Source: an uncultured virus (IMG/VR IMGVR_UViG_3300031555_005587) (lineage: Duplodnaviria; Heunggongvirae; Uroviricota; Caudoviricetes). From it: a stretch of DNA of 62,572 nt. Both the position numbers and the translations under genes were made by a program. The stretch's first letter is position 1; each line of letters starts with the position of its first letter. Below, piece by piece: positions 29,084-40,524 of this stretch. The stretch covers positions 62,001 through 124,572 of IMG/VR virus record IMGVR_UViG_3300031555_005587; one strand, written 5' to 3'. Under the pieces are notes generated by a model. That model saw nothing but the letters and a program-made list of their open reading frames with translations, made no database searches and had not been told where the DNA came from.

Positions 29084-31855
29084 TTAGGTTTCCTCTGATA
29101 TACTAATACTTGATTCATCAACTCTGATAATTTCTGGTACGTTTGTTTGTAACTGATTTTCATTCAATTCAGAAATATCACTATATTTCACAAAAATAGA
29201 TTGTTTATTAGCATCATAGTCATTGAAACCTAAGAATCTCAAATATCGTACATTAGGATTATTCTTGATAATATCAGAAATAATATCAGAAGCATGTAAA
29301 TCCAAACTTGAAGTATTTAAGTTATTGAAAGTTTCAGTTATCTGATTAATAACTTCATTTACTGTTTGAGTATAGATACTTCTATCATATACTGATATAA
29401 CCAATCTCACTTTTACATATACATTGTCCAATAGAATATCAGAATTCTTAAGATGAACTTCTCCATCTTTAGGACCAATATAGTAGTTATTTGATCTACC
29501 ATATGTATTGTATAATTTAAAGTCAATAAATGAGTTGCCATCTAATTTACTTGTAACTGGTTCCATGGCTTTATATTGAGCTTCAAACGCCTGAATGAAA
29601 TAAGTCATCTTTTCATCATCTAATGGAATATCGTATCTTAAAAATGGAAGCATTGATACGTCTATTGTGTAATTATTATTCTCACCAGAAAATTCAATCA
29701 TAGATCTCATCATATTCATAGGTTTATATAATGTGAGATCTCTATGGGCATTTCTGAATCGATTTGTCATTGTATACCCATCATATGATGGATCATTAAA
29801 CAGACGAGAAGTATTTGTTATAGAAGTATCTTTCATCATCACAGCAAAATGAAAACTACTTTCTGCAGAATCAATAAATACCTTTCCTTCTCGAGATCCA
29901 TTTGTTATTAGTGAATGAATGTTTGGAGTTCTTTCCATATCAACTTCAAGCATCATATCTGAATTGATATTATCATAAACAGCAATATCAGTTTCGAACA
30001 ATATTGCTCCTCCATTTCTCAGTTCAGTTGGTACCATCTCGATATATCCGGTTTCACCGTCAGCTGCAGTTTTAGTAATTAGGACTACACGCAGTTTATT
30101 CTGATTGATTGGGAATTCTTCACCAATGCCTTCTACATATTTCATAGTTTTATCAGTAGTAACAACAGGCACACATATTACTTCAATATGATACATGTTA
30201 TTATGTTTAGCCGATAAAGTTCTTTCAATAGTAAACTGAGCCATTTGGAATTGATAGAATGATTGTGTATTGATAGGCTCGTCTTCAGGCCATGATGTAT
30301 GGTTAATCAAATAATTGTAACTCATTGAAGTTGTTGGGTATCGATGAATTTTAATGAAAAATGGGTTTACAAACATAAATGGTCTGTTTGTATTAATACT
30401 AGGAATAGCTTCGTCTGTAATCATAGCCATTCCATTAGTACCTTCAACCATTCTCAATCTATTACGTACAATTCCATCTTCTTCTGTATCGTCATATTCC
30501 CATAAATGACCAGGTTTGATAATAAATTCAGAATTCATTCCACTTGCATCTGAATTAACATAATCAAATTGATCCTGATTTACACGAATATTCAGTGTAT
30601 TAGTAGGATAGATATAAGTATTATTCATTATTGCAATAAATTGTGCAAATAAAGTTCCTGAAGGATCATCTCTACGTTTAAAGAATTTAGCTTTAGTTCC
30701 ATAACGTTTTGCATATCTATTAAACCATATATCTAGATCAGTATCTGTAGTTAACACATTCACAGTATTATGAGCTAAAATACTTTCATCACGAACATCT
30801 TCGATAGTACCTCTGTCAATACCACCTGTTGATCCACTATAACAAATTGCAACCATTGTAGTATCAGTATTGTATGGATATCTTTCTCCAGTTTTCTTTA
30901 CTGGTAATCCAGATCTACTATCATATGATGTAAAATTGGAAGAAGCTCCACTACACATATACACAGTATATTCAACTTTGGAATTGAAATCAGGTGACCA
31001 ATAACCATCATTATTACTGAATGATAGAGCGATGGTATTATCATCCACCATTCGATACCAAGCAAATGGTTCAACATCAGCTTTTGTATATTGAGTTTTT
31101 AGTTTCATCGGAATACGCTGACCTGTTGGAGAAATATATACAAGATCAAGACCAGCTAACTGTCTAGTCCATCTAATAAATATTTCACTATTGGTGGTTA
31201 ACAAATTATCAGTGATGGATTCTTCGTCGGTCTTACGTTCAAATTCTAAAAGATCAATGAATAATACAAGCCAATCAATTGTACTCACCTGATGTTTGAT
31301 ATATTTATTAGTAACTCTTGATACAGAGTTAGTTTCAGTCATATCATAATAGATGTTGAATACACGTTTATTATTTACCATACTATGATCAATAAAAATA
31401 TCATAATCAAGTTTATACGTATTATCTCCAAGAATAATTTTTGTATCTTTATCTAGGATATAACGCATCGTATTTGTATTCTGTACAGCAGATGAATTTT
31501 TAATTACATCTGTGAGATTTAATTGAATTGCAAAACTGCATTTGGATGGTGTTGCAAATATATACCCAAGATCGAATAATGACGCATGACCATAAATAGA
31601 GCTTGGTAATACTGCTTTCGTAATAAATGATTCATTCATCATTAATGAAGCAGTACCATGAGCATCTTCAATACCTTGTGATATATACTCAGAAACTACT
31701 CCAGTGAATCCTAGATTTAATTTATTCATAGGAATATCTGGAAAAGCTTTAGGTATTAAAACTTCTTGAATATATTCTTTGATGTTAAAATTGTCCGTAT
31801 AATTACGGACAATTATATCTTTATTTCCTACTTTTTCAAGCACGTTTAATTCCAC
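29084..31855 (-). CDS. Putative baseplate wedge protein
   Basis: 923 aa; NESFITKAVLPSSIYGHA and STGGIDR...EDVR resemble gp6/baseplate-J-like wedge proteins; GTG start. Confidence 0.6.
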   Translation of the reverse strand: MELNVLEKVGNKDIIVRNYTDNFNIKEYIQEVLIPKAFPDIPMNKLNLGFTGVVSEYISQGIEDAHGTASLMMNESFITKAVLPSSIYGHASLFDLGYIFATPSKCSFAIQLNLTDVIKNSSAVQNTNTMRYILDKDTKIILGDNTYKLDYDIFIDHSMVNNKRVFNIYYDMTETNSVSRVTNKYIKHQVSTIDWLVLFIDLLEFERKTDEESITDNLLTTNSEIFIRWTRQLAGLDLVYISPTGQRIPMKLKTQYTKADVEPFAWYRMVDDNTIALSFSNNDGYWSPDFNSKVEYTVYMCSGASSNFTSYDSRSGLPVKKTGERYPYNTDTTMVAICYSGSTGGIDRGTIEDVRDESILAHNTVNVLTTDTDLDIWFNRYAKRYGTKAKFFKRRDDPSGTLFAQFIAIMNNTYIYPTNTLNIRVNQDQFDYVNSDASGMNSEFIIKPGHLWEYDDTEEDGIVRNRLRMVEGTNGMAMITDEAIPSINTNRPFMFVNPFFIKIHRYPTTSMSYNYLINHTSWPEDEPINTQSFYQFQMAQFTIERTLSAKHNNMYHIEVICVPVVTTDKTMKYVEGIGEEFPINQNKLRVVLITKTAADGETGYIEMVPTELRNGGAILFETDIAVYDNINSDMMLEVDMERTPNIHSLITNGSREGKVFIDSAESSFHFAVMMKDTSITNTSRLFNDPSYDGYTMTNRFRNAHRDLTLYKPMNMMRSMIEFSGENNNYTIDVSMLPFLRYDIPLDDEKMTYFIQAFEAQYKAMEPVTSKLDGNSFIDFKLYNTYGRSNNYYIGPKDGEVHLKNSDILLDNVYVKVRLVISVYDRSIYTQTVNEVINQITETFNNLNTSSLDLHASDIISDIIKNNPNVRYLRFLGFNDYDANKQSIFVKYSDISELNENQLQTNVPEIIRVDESSISISEET

Positions 31856-31872
31856 TCCTCTCTTTATTATTT

Positions 31873-33711
31873 TTATGCATTAAATAAGATTGAATCAGTT
31901 CTTCTACTACTTGTATCTTTACGGAATTTCAATCGAATCTGTGTACGTTTTGTAGAACGATTGACATCATCTACCTGTAGATTCGTAGGGCCTAGATCCA
32001 TTTCGATATAAGGTGCTCCAACATATGGACGTGAGCAATGAGCAAGATTTACATCAAATGCAGGTACCCAGTTCATTTCACCTTGAACATTTGCAACATG
32101 ATTAAATTCAAGCAATGAAATAGGAGACATATCTTTTTTATATGAATATGCAAATTCAATATTCAATTTAGGTGTATCACCTACTGGAGTTCCTGAATCC
32201 CAACTTAATGCACTAGCACCAGAATTAATAGGATAAATGCCAAAATATTTTGTCCAATATAATACATCTTCTCCATCTGGACCACATTTGAATACATAGC
32301 AAGATGCTCCATAATCCAAAGCTCTTCTATGAACATGACAATTTACATTTTGCTCATATTTTGGACTCCATGCACCTCTTGAAACGTTATCAATATAAGT
32401 CATCCAAAGTTTAATTAAATTAATTATTGAAAATTCAGATGTTTCATTAAATGCACAAGTAAATGTACCAGCAGTACGACCGGTATATTGCTCTGCATAA
32501 TGCATTTCATGTTCACTCCATGATCTTCCTGCTCTGACAGTTGCTAATGTTTCATCTGTTAATGTAAAAGATGCCACTTGATTTGATAATAACATATTAA
32601 AATTATTACCATCATTACATCTCGTATAGTCAGTTAATAATTTAAATAACTCTGGATTTCTTCTCCATAATAAAGCAGTATCAGTATGATTCATTGTTTG
32701 AGAGTTTGCTTTATTTCCATTTTCTAATAGATTTAGATCCGGTCTCGTAAAAAAGATATGAGTAAATGTTTTATTGTGAGCAAGATTTGTATCAGGTACT
32801 TTAAAACGATTATACATATAGAATTTTACTGACCTTGCAATATCATTGTTTCCATGTACTGGTATACCTAATGATGCTCTGAGTTCAGTTAATCTTGAAG
32901 CTAGACTTTTATCAGATACCTTTTTTAAATTAGGATCATCTGGAATGAATTGGTAGTTATATTTTGCAGATAAACGAGATCTTACATTACCATCACTAAC
33001 CTTATGAGGGAAATTATAAGCATTCTGAATAATTCCAGTATCCATATTTAATAATTCTTCTCGTCTACCTTCATTTTGCCAAGAAGTTTTATATCTAGCC
33101 TCATATATTGATCCAAGTTCTTTTACTGATTTAGGAAGAGTTCGTTCTCTACCTTTTGGTGTAACATTAATTTTTTTATAGGATGGAGTATAAAAACTAG
33201 CATCTCCATCGAAGAAAGAATCACTATTAAACTGAGTATTTGGATTTGTTAAATTTTCAACTTTTACACCTGATCCAATATTACTATCTTCACCAGTATA
33301 CCATTCACCAGAATTTTTCTGAGTAGCAAATGGGTCATTTGATACACCGATGTCTATATTTACTTTTTCTCTAGCAATATCTTCATAAGTTGCTATTGCT
33401 GGTTTAGGAACAGGAGGTGGTGGGGGAGGATCAGGTACGGGAGTTGGTTCTGATGTTTGTACAACCTGTTTGTATATATGCTGAGGTTGAACTTGCCATA
33501 CAACAACTCCATTATTCGAACATCTTACCTTTGTAACGGAGTTAGGTAAACCCCATCTACCACCGGTGTTCCATCCATCAACTATTTTTTCTACTGTAGC
33601 CCAAAGTGGACCGCCTTGACCATAGAGTCTACCTGCTCTGGCTTTACCACCATTAGTGACATCTATTCCGCCATCCACGATTTGGACTTTATCACCTACT
33701 GAAACGTCCAT
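31873..33711 (-). CDS. Tail-tube-fold baseplate protein with N-terminal SH3-like domain and Pro linker
   Basis: VSVGDKVQI N-terminal domain; PDPPPPPPVPKP linker; FFTRPDLNL...FNETSEF...LWMTYI...YFGIYP...IEFAY. Confidence 0.5.
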   Translation of the reverse strand: MDVSVGDKVQIVDGGIDVTNGGKARAGRLYGQGGPLWATVEKIVDGWNTGGRWGLPNSVTKVRCSNNGVVVWQVQPQHIYKQVVQTSEPTPVPDPPPPPPVPKPAIATYEDIAREKVNIDIGVSNDPFATQKNSGEWYTGEDSNIGSGVKVENLTNPNTQFNSDSFFDGDASFYTPSYKKINVTPKGRERTLPKSVKELGSIYEARYKTSWQNEGRREELLNMDTGIIQNAYNFPHKVSDGNVRSRLSAKYNYQFIPDDPNLKKVSDKSLASRLTELRASLGIPVHGNNDIARSVKFYMYNRFKVPDTNLAHNKTFTHIFFTRPDLNLLENGNKANSQTMNHTDTALLWRRNPELFKLLTDYTRCNDGNNFNMLLSNQVASFTLTDETLATVRAGRSWSEHEMHYAEQYTGRTAGTFTCAFNETSEFSIINLIKLWMTYIDNVSRGAWSPKYEQNVNCHVHRRALDYGASCYVFKCGPDGEDVLYWTKYFGIYPINSGASALSWDSGTPVGDTPKLNIEFAYSYKKDMSPISLLEFNHVANVQGEMNWVPAFDVNLAHCSRPYVGAPYIEMDLGPTNLQVDDVNRSTKRTQIRLKFRKDTSSRRTDSILFNA

Positions 33712-33768
33712 GACAGAACCTCCTAATAAACTTAAAGTTATTCTTAGGTAAAGGAGTGATTAGTTGTT

Positions 33769-36717
33769 ATGAGCCAATTGCGGGAAAAGAAAATTAACTA
33801 CATGCGTACTTGGATTGATCCAAACAATCCAACCGTAATTCCCAATCTTGACTATGATATTATATATCCAATAACAGTCTATGAAGCGATTTACAGAACT
33901 ATGGATGAGGGTTCTACAACTTTAGATGCAGAACTTGAAAGTATATATCGTCTAATCGCAGATAAACAGGATGCCATCCAAGGTGGTGTTCCTGGAAAAT
34001 TAATGACTTGGACTAATATCAAGGGTCAAATTGGAGAAACAGAAATCGTCAGATCAATAGGTGATGAACAAAGTTCTAGATCTCATACAAAAGTCCCTTC
34101 TGAGAAAGCAGTTGGCCAGGCACTAGACCTCAAAGCTAATGCTTCTTCATTTAATGAACATAATTGGGACAAAGAACGACATATTCTTGAGTCAGAACGT
34201 GAACGTTGGAATGAAATGACTCCAAAAGAATCATTCAGAGATCATTCAGAAAACGAAGAAATTCATATCACTGAATCTGAACGTAAAGCGTGGAATAATA
34301 AAGCAGATCAAGAAAAATTTAATTCTCATCTTGCTAATGCTAATAATCCACATAATGTAACAGCACATCAGGTCAATGCATATACAAGAGAAGAAGTTGA
34401 CATGATGTTCGAAAGTATCAGAGAATCATTTTTCAATTACAGAAATATTGAATATGATGATAGAACTGATATTGCTAAACTGGTAGAATATGAATCTACT
34501 AACTGGAATCCAAATTATATTTTAGCATATGCGGATTCTCTACCAGAAGTAACTGATCAATCACTGACTTATTTTGCATTGAAACCAGTTACTGATTATG
34601 CAACTAATGAAAGTCAGGAATGTATTATCTATATTAAGAAACCAGGTTTAGTTTGGAAAGAAGTTGGTTTACAGACAATGAATCCCGGTGATATGGTAAT
34701 CAGATATCCTGATACGACTATGTGTGTTTGGGTACAAGGAAGATTCATTAGTTTGTTTACTGGTAGTACAGCTGCTGGTGAAAATACAGGAAGTGTAACA
34801 TCATCTGGATGGGTATGGAGACCTGTTATTACAGAAGATGGATTATTAGCATGGACTAAATCTTCTGAAGTAAACCCTCCAGATCCAATCACAATTAAAG
34901 GTGCACCTGGATATACTCCTATTAAAGGTGTCGATTATTATGATGGAGCTCCAGGTATTGGTGTTCCAGCTGGAGGTAGACTCGGTGATATCATAGTTAA
35001 AACAACTGGAGAAGACTATGACACAAAATGGATTTCATTTTCTGATTTCTTAAATGATTACTTTGAATCTGATGAAGTTCCAAATGGATTCTTTAAATGG
35101 GATAATATTGTAGGAAAACCTGAAATTCATAATTCTACTGGAGAAGATGAAAATGGTTTAATGAGTCAGAAATCTATTACTGATGAATTTACTTCATTAA
35201 ACAAAAAGATTACTGATTTGATTAATCAATTGGGATCTTCTGGAACTGGTGGAATTAGTGAAGCGTTGAAGAATCATATGACGGATTATAATAATCCTCA
35301 CAGAGTAACTCCTGAAAGTATAGGAGCTGTTTCTAATTCTACATTTATTACACATACATTGGATCAGAAAAATCCTCACAATATTACTGCGAAAGAAATT
35401 GGGCTTGATAATGTTAATAATACCTCAGATATTGATAAGCCTGTATCAAAAGCAACACAACAGGCATTAAATTCAATATTAGAAAAAATTAATATTATTA
35501 ATGGCATCATAGATAGTGGTAGTTTAATTACCAATGTAATTTGGAATAATACTTCATGTAAATTAACATTTACATTCAGAGACGGATCTGAAATGGACGT
35601 AGTAATTCCAATTATTGAGATTTTCAATACTATCTACTATGATGAGAATAATAAAGAATTAGTTATTATTTTACCTGATGGAAGTGAAAAAAGAATTAAC
35701 ATTAAATCTTTAATTACTTCCTATATTGGTGAGGAAAGTCTGAATATCAAAGTAGAAGTAAAAAATGGTAAAATCAATGCAACCTTGTTACCAGATTCTA
35801 TTACAGGTGATGAATTAGTTGCTTCTATTAACTTACGTGAGTCTCCGACAACTACTACACAACTTCCTGAAGACTCAAGTAATAAGATTGCAACTACAAG
35901 ATTTGTGAAGAATGTCGTTAAGAATGATTTGATATCTTATGATATAGATAGACCTCTATCTGCAAACATGGGTCGAATCTTAAATCAGAATAAGGTGGAT
36001 ATTGAAACTGTTTTACAGATTATTGCTGATACACCTTTGATGAATGTAGTTGATACTTTATCAAGTACTGATTCAGAAGCAGCTTTATCTGCAAACATGG
36101 GTCATGAGTTATTCTTAACTAAAGCTCCATTAGTTCATACTTCTCCTTCAGGGTCAACATTTGGACGTGCAACTGTAAGTTTGTTTGGTCATGCCAGAGC
36201 AAGCGATCTTGACCCATTAATGGATGGATTAGCATTTGTTGGTACAGATGATGGTTATTATGCTAGAGCAGATCATCGACATCCTACAGATGTTTCTCGT
36301 GCACCGATGCATTGGCCTGATAAAACTAATGGTCTTTATAAATTTACAGGTGAACCAAGAGCTGCAACTCCTCCAGTAGATTCTAATGATGATCGTATTG
36401 CTACAACAGAATGGGTTCGTATGCATGGAGGACAATCCGATGTATTTACAGCATTAACTTCAGAAATCATATTTAATGCTGCAGAGAATGCATATAATTC
36501 AGTAATCTCAGCTTCAGAAGCTCCTATTTCATTTAATATTGAAGATAAGAATCTTGTAGCTGAATATGATGAAACTAAACATTCTGAACCAAATCTTAGT
36601 ATTGATGATAATGGCGATTTGATTTTGAATTCATCAGATACTGTAATTGATCAATACTTGGAAGGAACTTCATTTGATGTAGTTAATGATAATCTAATTA
36701 TAACCGAGGAGGGATAA
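33769..36717 (+). CDS. Tail fibre protein
   Basis: Repeated HxxxxxNPHxVT, GLDNVNNTSD, collagen-like GAPG, LSANMG repeats, IATT repeats, YARADHRHP. Confidence 0.75.
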   Translation: MSQLREKKINYMRTWIDPNNPTVIPNLDYDIIYPITVYEAIYRTMDEGSTTLDAELESIYRLIADKQDAIQGGVPGKLMTWTNIKGQIGETEIVRSIGDEQSSRSHTKVPSEKAVGQALDLKANASSFNEHNWDKERHILESERERWNEMTPKESFRDHSENEEIHITESERKAWNNKADQEKFNSHLANANNPHNVTAHQVNAYTREEVDMMFESIRESFFNYRNIEYDDRTDIAKLVEYESTNWNPNYILAYADSLPEVTDQSLTYFALKPVTDYATNESQECIIYIKKPGLVWKEVGLQTMNPGDMVIRYPDTTMCVWVQGRFISLFTGSTAAGENTGSVTSSGWVWRPVITEDGLLAWTKSSEVNPPDPITIKGAPGYTPIKGVDYYDGAPGIGVPAGGRLGDIIVKTTGEDYDTKWISFSDFLNDYFESDEVPNGFFKWDNIVGKPEIHNSTGEDENGLMSQKSITDEFTSLNKKITDLINQLGSSGTGGISEALKNHMTDYNNPHRVTPESIGAVSNSTFITHTLDQKNPHNITAKEIGLDNVNNTSDIDKPVSKATQQALNSILEKINIINGIIDSGSLITNVIWNNTSCKLTFTFRDGSEMDVVIPIIEIFNTIYYDENNKELVIILPDGSEKRINIKSLITSYIGEESLNIKVEVKNGKINATLLPDSITGDELVASINLRESPTTTTQLPEDSSNKIATTRFVKNVVKNDLISYDIDRPLSANMGRILNQNKVDIETVLQIIADTPLMNVVDTLSSTDSEAALSANMGHELFLTKAPLVHTSPSGSTFGRATVSLFGHARASDLDPLMDGLAFVGTDDGYYARADHRHPTDVSRAPMHWPDKTNGLYKFTGEPRAATPPVDSNDDRIATTEWVRMHGGQSDVFTALTSEIIFNAAENAYNSVISASEAPISFNIEDKNLVAEYDETKHSEPNLSIDDNGDLILNSSDTVIDQYLEGTSFDVVNDNLIITEEG

Positions 36718-36723
36718 GTTTAA

Positions 36724-37248
36724 ATGAATAAGACTCTTATACGTTCATATGTGAAAATGATTAAACATGGGATATGTTCAGTTAAACAGATTCCTGAAAA
36801 GTATCAAGAAGCTGTTAATGAAGAAATTATTAATCCTTCTTCAGTAGATGAAGTTGTTGAAGAAAATAAGAATTTTGAAAATAAGATTCATGGTGCTTTG
36901 TATATTCCTGAAATTAAAAATTGCAAAGTTGATACAACTATATTAGAATATGATCATGAGTATGATATAATCTTCAAAACAAACGATATTTTTACTCCAG
37001 AAATCATGTCTAATAATCCACCAATACAAGATATTGAATATTCAATTATTAGAATTGAGAACCTATGTGGAACAAATGGTTACGATTTAGATATTAATTT
37101 ATTCAATGATGAAGATGGTTTTACTATTAGTCTTGATGGAAGAATTCATGAATTTACAGGAAATACAAATTTACTTCGTATCGATATAGGTGTAAAAAGT
37201 TCAAACTATGAAGATATGAGATTTATGATATTTTTCACAGCAATGTAA
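36724..37248 (+). CDS. Tail-fibre-associated protein (CD1375-like N-terminus)
   Basis: YVKMIKHG...VKQIPEKYQEAV directly after the fibre gene. Confidence 0.55.
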   Translation: MNKTLIRSYVKMIKHGICSVKQIPEKYQEAVNEEIINPSSVDEVVEENKNFENKIHGALYIPEIKNCKVDTTILEYDHEYDIIFKTNDIFTPEIMSNNPPIQDIEYSIIRIENLCGTNGYDLDINLFNDEDGFTISLDGRIHEFTGNTNLLRIDIGVKSSNYEDMRFMIFFTAM

Positions 37249-37283
37249 AACATGGAGAGGGGTTTGAAACCCCTCTCCATGTT
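37249..37283. terminator. Bidirectional terminator
   Basis: AACATGGAGAGGGGTTT-G-AAACCCCTCTCCATGTT. Confidence 0.85.
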
Positions 37284-37285
37284 GT

Positions 37286-39148
37286 TTATACATATACTTC
37301 CATTGAATCCTGGTGACTTTCTGTTACATCACTATCAATAAATACACACTGATTTCCAGAAATAAGGATCTTAATAAGTTCAGAAGCAGCTGAAATTACC
37401 ATTGTATCTGTTTCTGCAGAAGTAATGATTTTTGGATTGAATGTAAGTGTTTCCAAATCAAATACTTCATTACGTTCAATAGATTCTTTAATAATATTTT
37501 CAGCTTTCTTACGAGCTTCTTCCTGTAATGCTTTTACTCCATCTTCAGTTGTGAATTCCCAACGAGGTAATGTTTTAATAATACCAACGTAATCAGGACC
37601 ATGAAGTACTCGTGAATAGACATCCATTACACTAACAGCAATTAGTTCAGAAACTGCTACTTTCAATTTATTGTACTGAATTTCTTCTTCACTTTCAGTT
37701 TTATTGTTAATTTCAGATGTAATTTCCCGACAAGCTTTAATGATGGATAACTGGCATCCAGGAACGACACCGTGTTTTGTTGCAGATCTTAAACATTTGA
37801 TAACATCTTCGATAGTACCCTGAAGAATCTGCTTTTGAAGTTCACTATCAGCTCCTACGTAGTAAATGAAATTCTTCATTTCAAGCTGGAGAATTCTAGA
37901 ACGAGCTTCATATACTTTAGATGCAAAAGACTGTTTCTCATAATCAATATGAACTAAAACATCTTCAAGTTCTTTCTGAGCACGTTCCATTGCTTGCTGA
38001 TAATATTCATCTTCCTCAATATTCTTCACATCAAAGATGCATCCATTTTTACAAGAAATCAAAACAGAATCAGCTGTACCAATACAACGATGGAACATAT
38101 ACTGAGGATTTTCTTCAATTTTTTCTACCATTGTATCAACATTAGACTTTTCAATTTCTTCAATCATTCCTTTTGCTAGTTCCTGTGTAATTGTTTTAGA
38201 ACGAAGAATAATAGCAAGGTCTTCTCTCTGATATGGTGTTAACTTACCAGTATTATACTGTGTAAGAACAAGGTTAAGCTCACGATACTTGTTATATTCA
38301 TAATTCACATACTGAGGAAGTACTGTTTCGCACATATACTTATCATATGCAGGAGCAATTACGATAAGTTTCTTTTTCTTTGCTCTCATGACTTCATTTA
38401 AGTGAACGATCAAATTATTAAATGTATCAGTTTCAATGGTATGGTCAAAGATAATTGTAGCTACATCTGTTTCTGTTGCAGTAAGATCTTGATTACGTAC
38501 GTAACAATTATCAATTGCATTAGTAGGGAATTCAAAACCATTCACTGGACTGATGTAAGATTTATTGCTTGGAGAATCTTTCATTTTAATAGCAGGAGAC
38601 TTAGCGGTTCTGTAGGTATCTGCAATTGCAGAAGAAATCTCTTTATTACCATTAGAGACAACATATGCAATGTTATAAATGGTATCATAATCTTCTGGGT
38701 CAATCGGAGTACTCATACCTTTTACTCTTTCAATAATTTCATCGATTACTTCTTCCCAAGCCTTAGTGAAATGACGAGGGAGACGATACAAAGAATCAAA
38801 GTAACCACGCTGCTGCTGATAACGATTATACATTGCATTCGTTAATGTGATTGCAGTTGTAGTACCATCACCAACTGTATTGTTCATCTTTGTACAAGGT
38901 GCTTTAATGAGATTATATATCATCTTCTTATAGCGGTTATTAAAGGTATAATTCTTTAAAATAGAATAACCGTCTTTAGTAGCTTCGATTAATGCACCAT
39001 TAAAAATAGTTGCAGAAGATCCTAAAGGACCAAGAGAACGACTTAAGTTCTCAGCAATAACTTGAAATACTTCTCTAGTAAGATTTTCGAAATCTTCTTG
39101 AGGGATAATGTTTAAATTGGTTTTGTTAAAATATTCCATGCAGTTCAT
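37286..39148 (-). CDS. groEL: Phage GroEL-like chaperonin
   Basis: SLGPLG, TKDGYSIL, VGDGTTTA, GVVPG, ITSAE...AASEL. Confidence 0.92.
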   Translation of the reverse strand: MNCMEYFNKTNLNIIPQEDFENLTREVFQVIAENLSRSLGPLGSSATIFNGALIEATKDGYSILKNYTFNNRYKKMIYNLIKAPCTKMNNTVGDGTTTAITLTNAMYNRYQQQRGYFDSLYRLPRHFTKAWEEVIDEIIERVKGMSTPIDPEDYDTIYNIAYVVSNGNKEISSAIADTYRTAKSPAIKMKDSPSNKSYISPVNGFEFPTNAIDNCYVRNQDLTATETDVATIIFDHTIETDTFNNLIVHLNEVMRAKKKKLIVIAPAYDKYMCETVLPQYVNYEYNKYRELNLVLTQYNTGKLTPYQREDLAIILRSKTITQELAKGMIEEIEKSNVDTMVEKIEENPQYMFHRCIGTADSVLISCKNGCIFDVKNIEEDEYYQQAMERAQKELEDVLVHIDYEKQSFASKVYEARSRILQLEMKNFIYYVGADSELQKQILQGTIEDVIKCLRSATKHGVVPGCQLSIIKACREITSEINNKTESEEEIQYNKLKVAVSELIAVSVMDVYSRVLHGPDYVGIIKTLPRWEFTTEDGVKALQEEARKKAENIIKESIERNEVFDLETLTFNPKIITSAETDTMVISAASELIKILISGNQCVFIDSDVTESHQDSMEVYV

Positions 39149-39262
39149 AATATTTAACTCCTTTCAATATTCGAATTTAATTTATTATGTCTATGGATTA
39201 ATTAATAAAATAATTTACAAGTTGAGAACATCAAGACTAAAACAAAAGGAGGTGTATCAGAA

Positions 39263-39874
39263 TTGGCTGAAAAGAAGAAGAGAAGAGAAGATATAATGTA
39301 TGACCAACAGTTTGGAATGATACCAAATGATCAATTAGGTCGTATTGCATACATTCTCGGAAATAAAATTAATAGTAAGAAATATAATGATTCAATCAAT
39401 GCTGAAGCAAAAAAGATAAAGAAAATTAAATATAAGAAATTTACATTTATAATGTGGAAGATTGTTAAACCATCAGCTCGTCCAAGAGCGAATACACGCA
39501 TGGGATATGTAAATATGTATGTACCTCATGCAAAAGAAAATGGAGACTGGTTTGAAGATTTTGCTAAAGAAAATAACTTACCTTACGTAGATACTCCATG
39601 CAAAGTAAATATTAAAGTGTATGAAAAGACACCATCATCATTTAGTATGAGGCATAAAGTACTTGCAGAGTTAGGTTTATTAAGACCTTGGAAGCGTACA
39701 GGAGACGTTGATAACTATGCTAAAGGTGTATTAGATGCAATACAACACGGTATGTTGAAAGATGACTGTTTAGTTATTGAATCCACACAAGAATTATTTT
39801 ATTCAATTAAACCTCATGCAGAAATTGAAATTATCTATATGGAAAAACATCCTGAAGAAGTTTTAGGTAAATAA
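39263..39874 (+). CDS. rusA: RusA-like Holliday junction resolvase
   Basis: KPSARPR; GDVDNYAKGVLDAI...LKDDCLV; TTG start with AAGGAGG RBS. Confidence 0.85.
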   Translation: MAEKKKRREDIMYDQQFGMIPNDQLGRIAYILGNKINSKKYNDSINAEAKKIKKIKYKKFTFIMWKIVKPSARPRANTRMGYVNMYVPHAKENGDWFEDFAKENNLPYVDTPCKVNIKVYEKTPSSFSMRHKVLAELGLLRPWKRTGDVDNYAKGVLDAIQHGMLKDDCLVIESTQELFYSIKPHAEIEIIYMEKHPEEVLGK

Positions 39875-39890
39875 AGGTAGGTGATGAATT

Positions 39891-40511
39891 ATGATGGGTA
39901 AAGACATAGAAGCAATTGTTAGTGGTATAGATGCTGTTAAGAAAGCCACCGTATCAGCTATACAACAAGTTGCAACTGGTTCTGCATATCAATTAAAATG
40001 TAAAGAACAACATGGTGGTATTAGTACTGGAGAATGTTTACCAAAAGAAGAACCAGTTCCACTAGGTGATATTGTTGCTCCTATAAGTGCTGCTTTAGGA
40101 GCAATGTCTGGATCATGTGGAAAAATGAAATCTATGGGTTCATCATTATATACTGGAGCATCTAGTTTCAATAATAGTATTGGAAGTCCATGGAGCGAAA
40201 TCGCTGATATTGAAGAAGCTGTTGGTAAATTAGAATCATATTCAGGTTCCGCTTCTCCACTAAATTATGTAGGAGATAAAGCAGGTATGTTAGGAATGCT
40301 AAATATGATTCTATCATTATGTGTAGATACTAAATGGGCAATAATTACATATCATGATTTTGTCCAAAGAGGTTTCGATTCGATGTTCAATGGAAACACT
40401 GCATCTGTAACATATACTTCTGGATTAAATGGAAAACAAAGTATTGGTAACATTGATCAGCAATTTGATGAAAACGTTCATATTCCTCAACCAAGTATAG
40501 ATCCATATTAA
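39891..40511 (+). CDS. Hypothetical protein
   Basis: RBS present, G/S/A-rich; function not recognised. Confidence 0.65.
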   Translation: MMGKDIEAIVSGIDAVKKATVSAIQQVATGSAYQLKCKEQHGGISTGECLPKEEPVPLGDIVAPISAALGAMSGSCGKMKSMGSSLYTGASSFNNSIGSPWSEIADIEEAVGKLESYSGSASPLNYVGDKAGMLGMLNMILSLCVDTKWAIITYHDFVQRGFDSMFNGNTASVTYTSGLNGKQSIGNIDQQFDENVHIPQPSIDPY

Positions 40512-40524
40512 GGAGGTAAAAATA

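Noticed and set aside
34140..35420. Repeated HxxxxxNPHxVT units as a CRISPR, DGR or other repeat system
   Set aside because: Degenerate protein-level repeats typical of tail fibres; no identical DNA repeats, no reverse transcriptase and no adenine-specific variation seen
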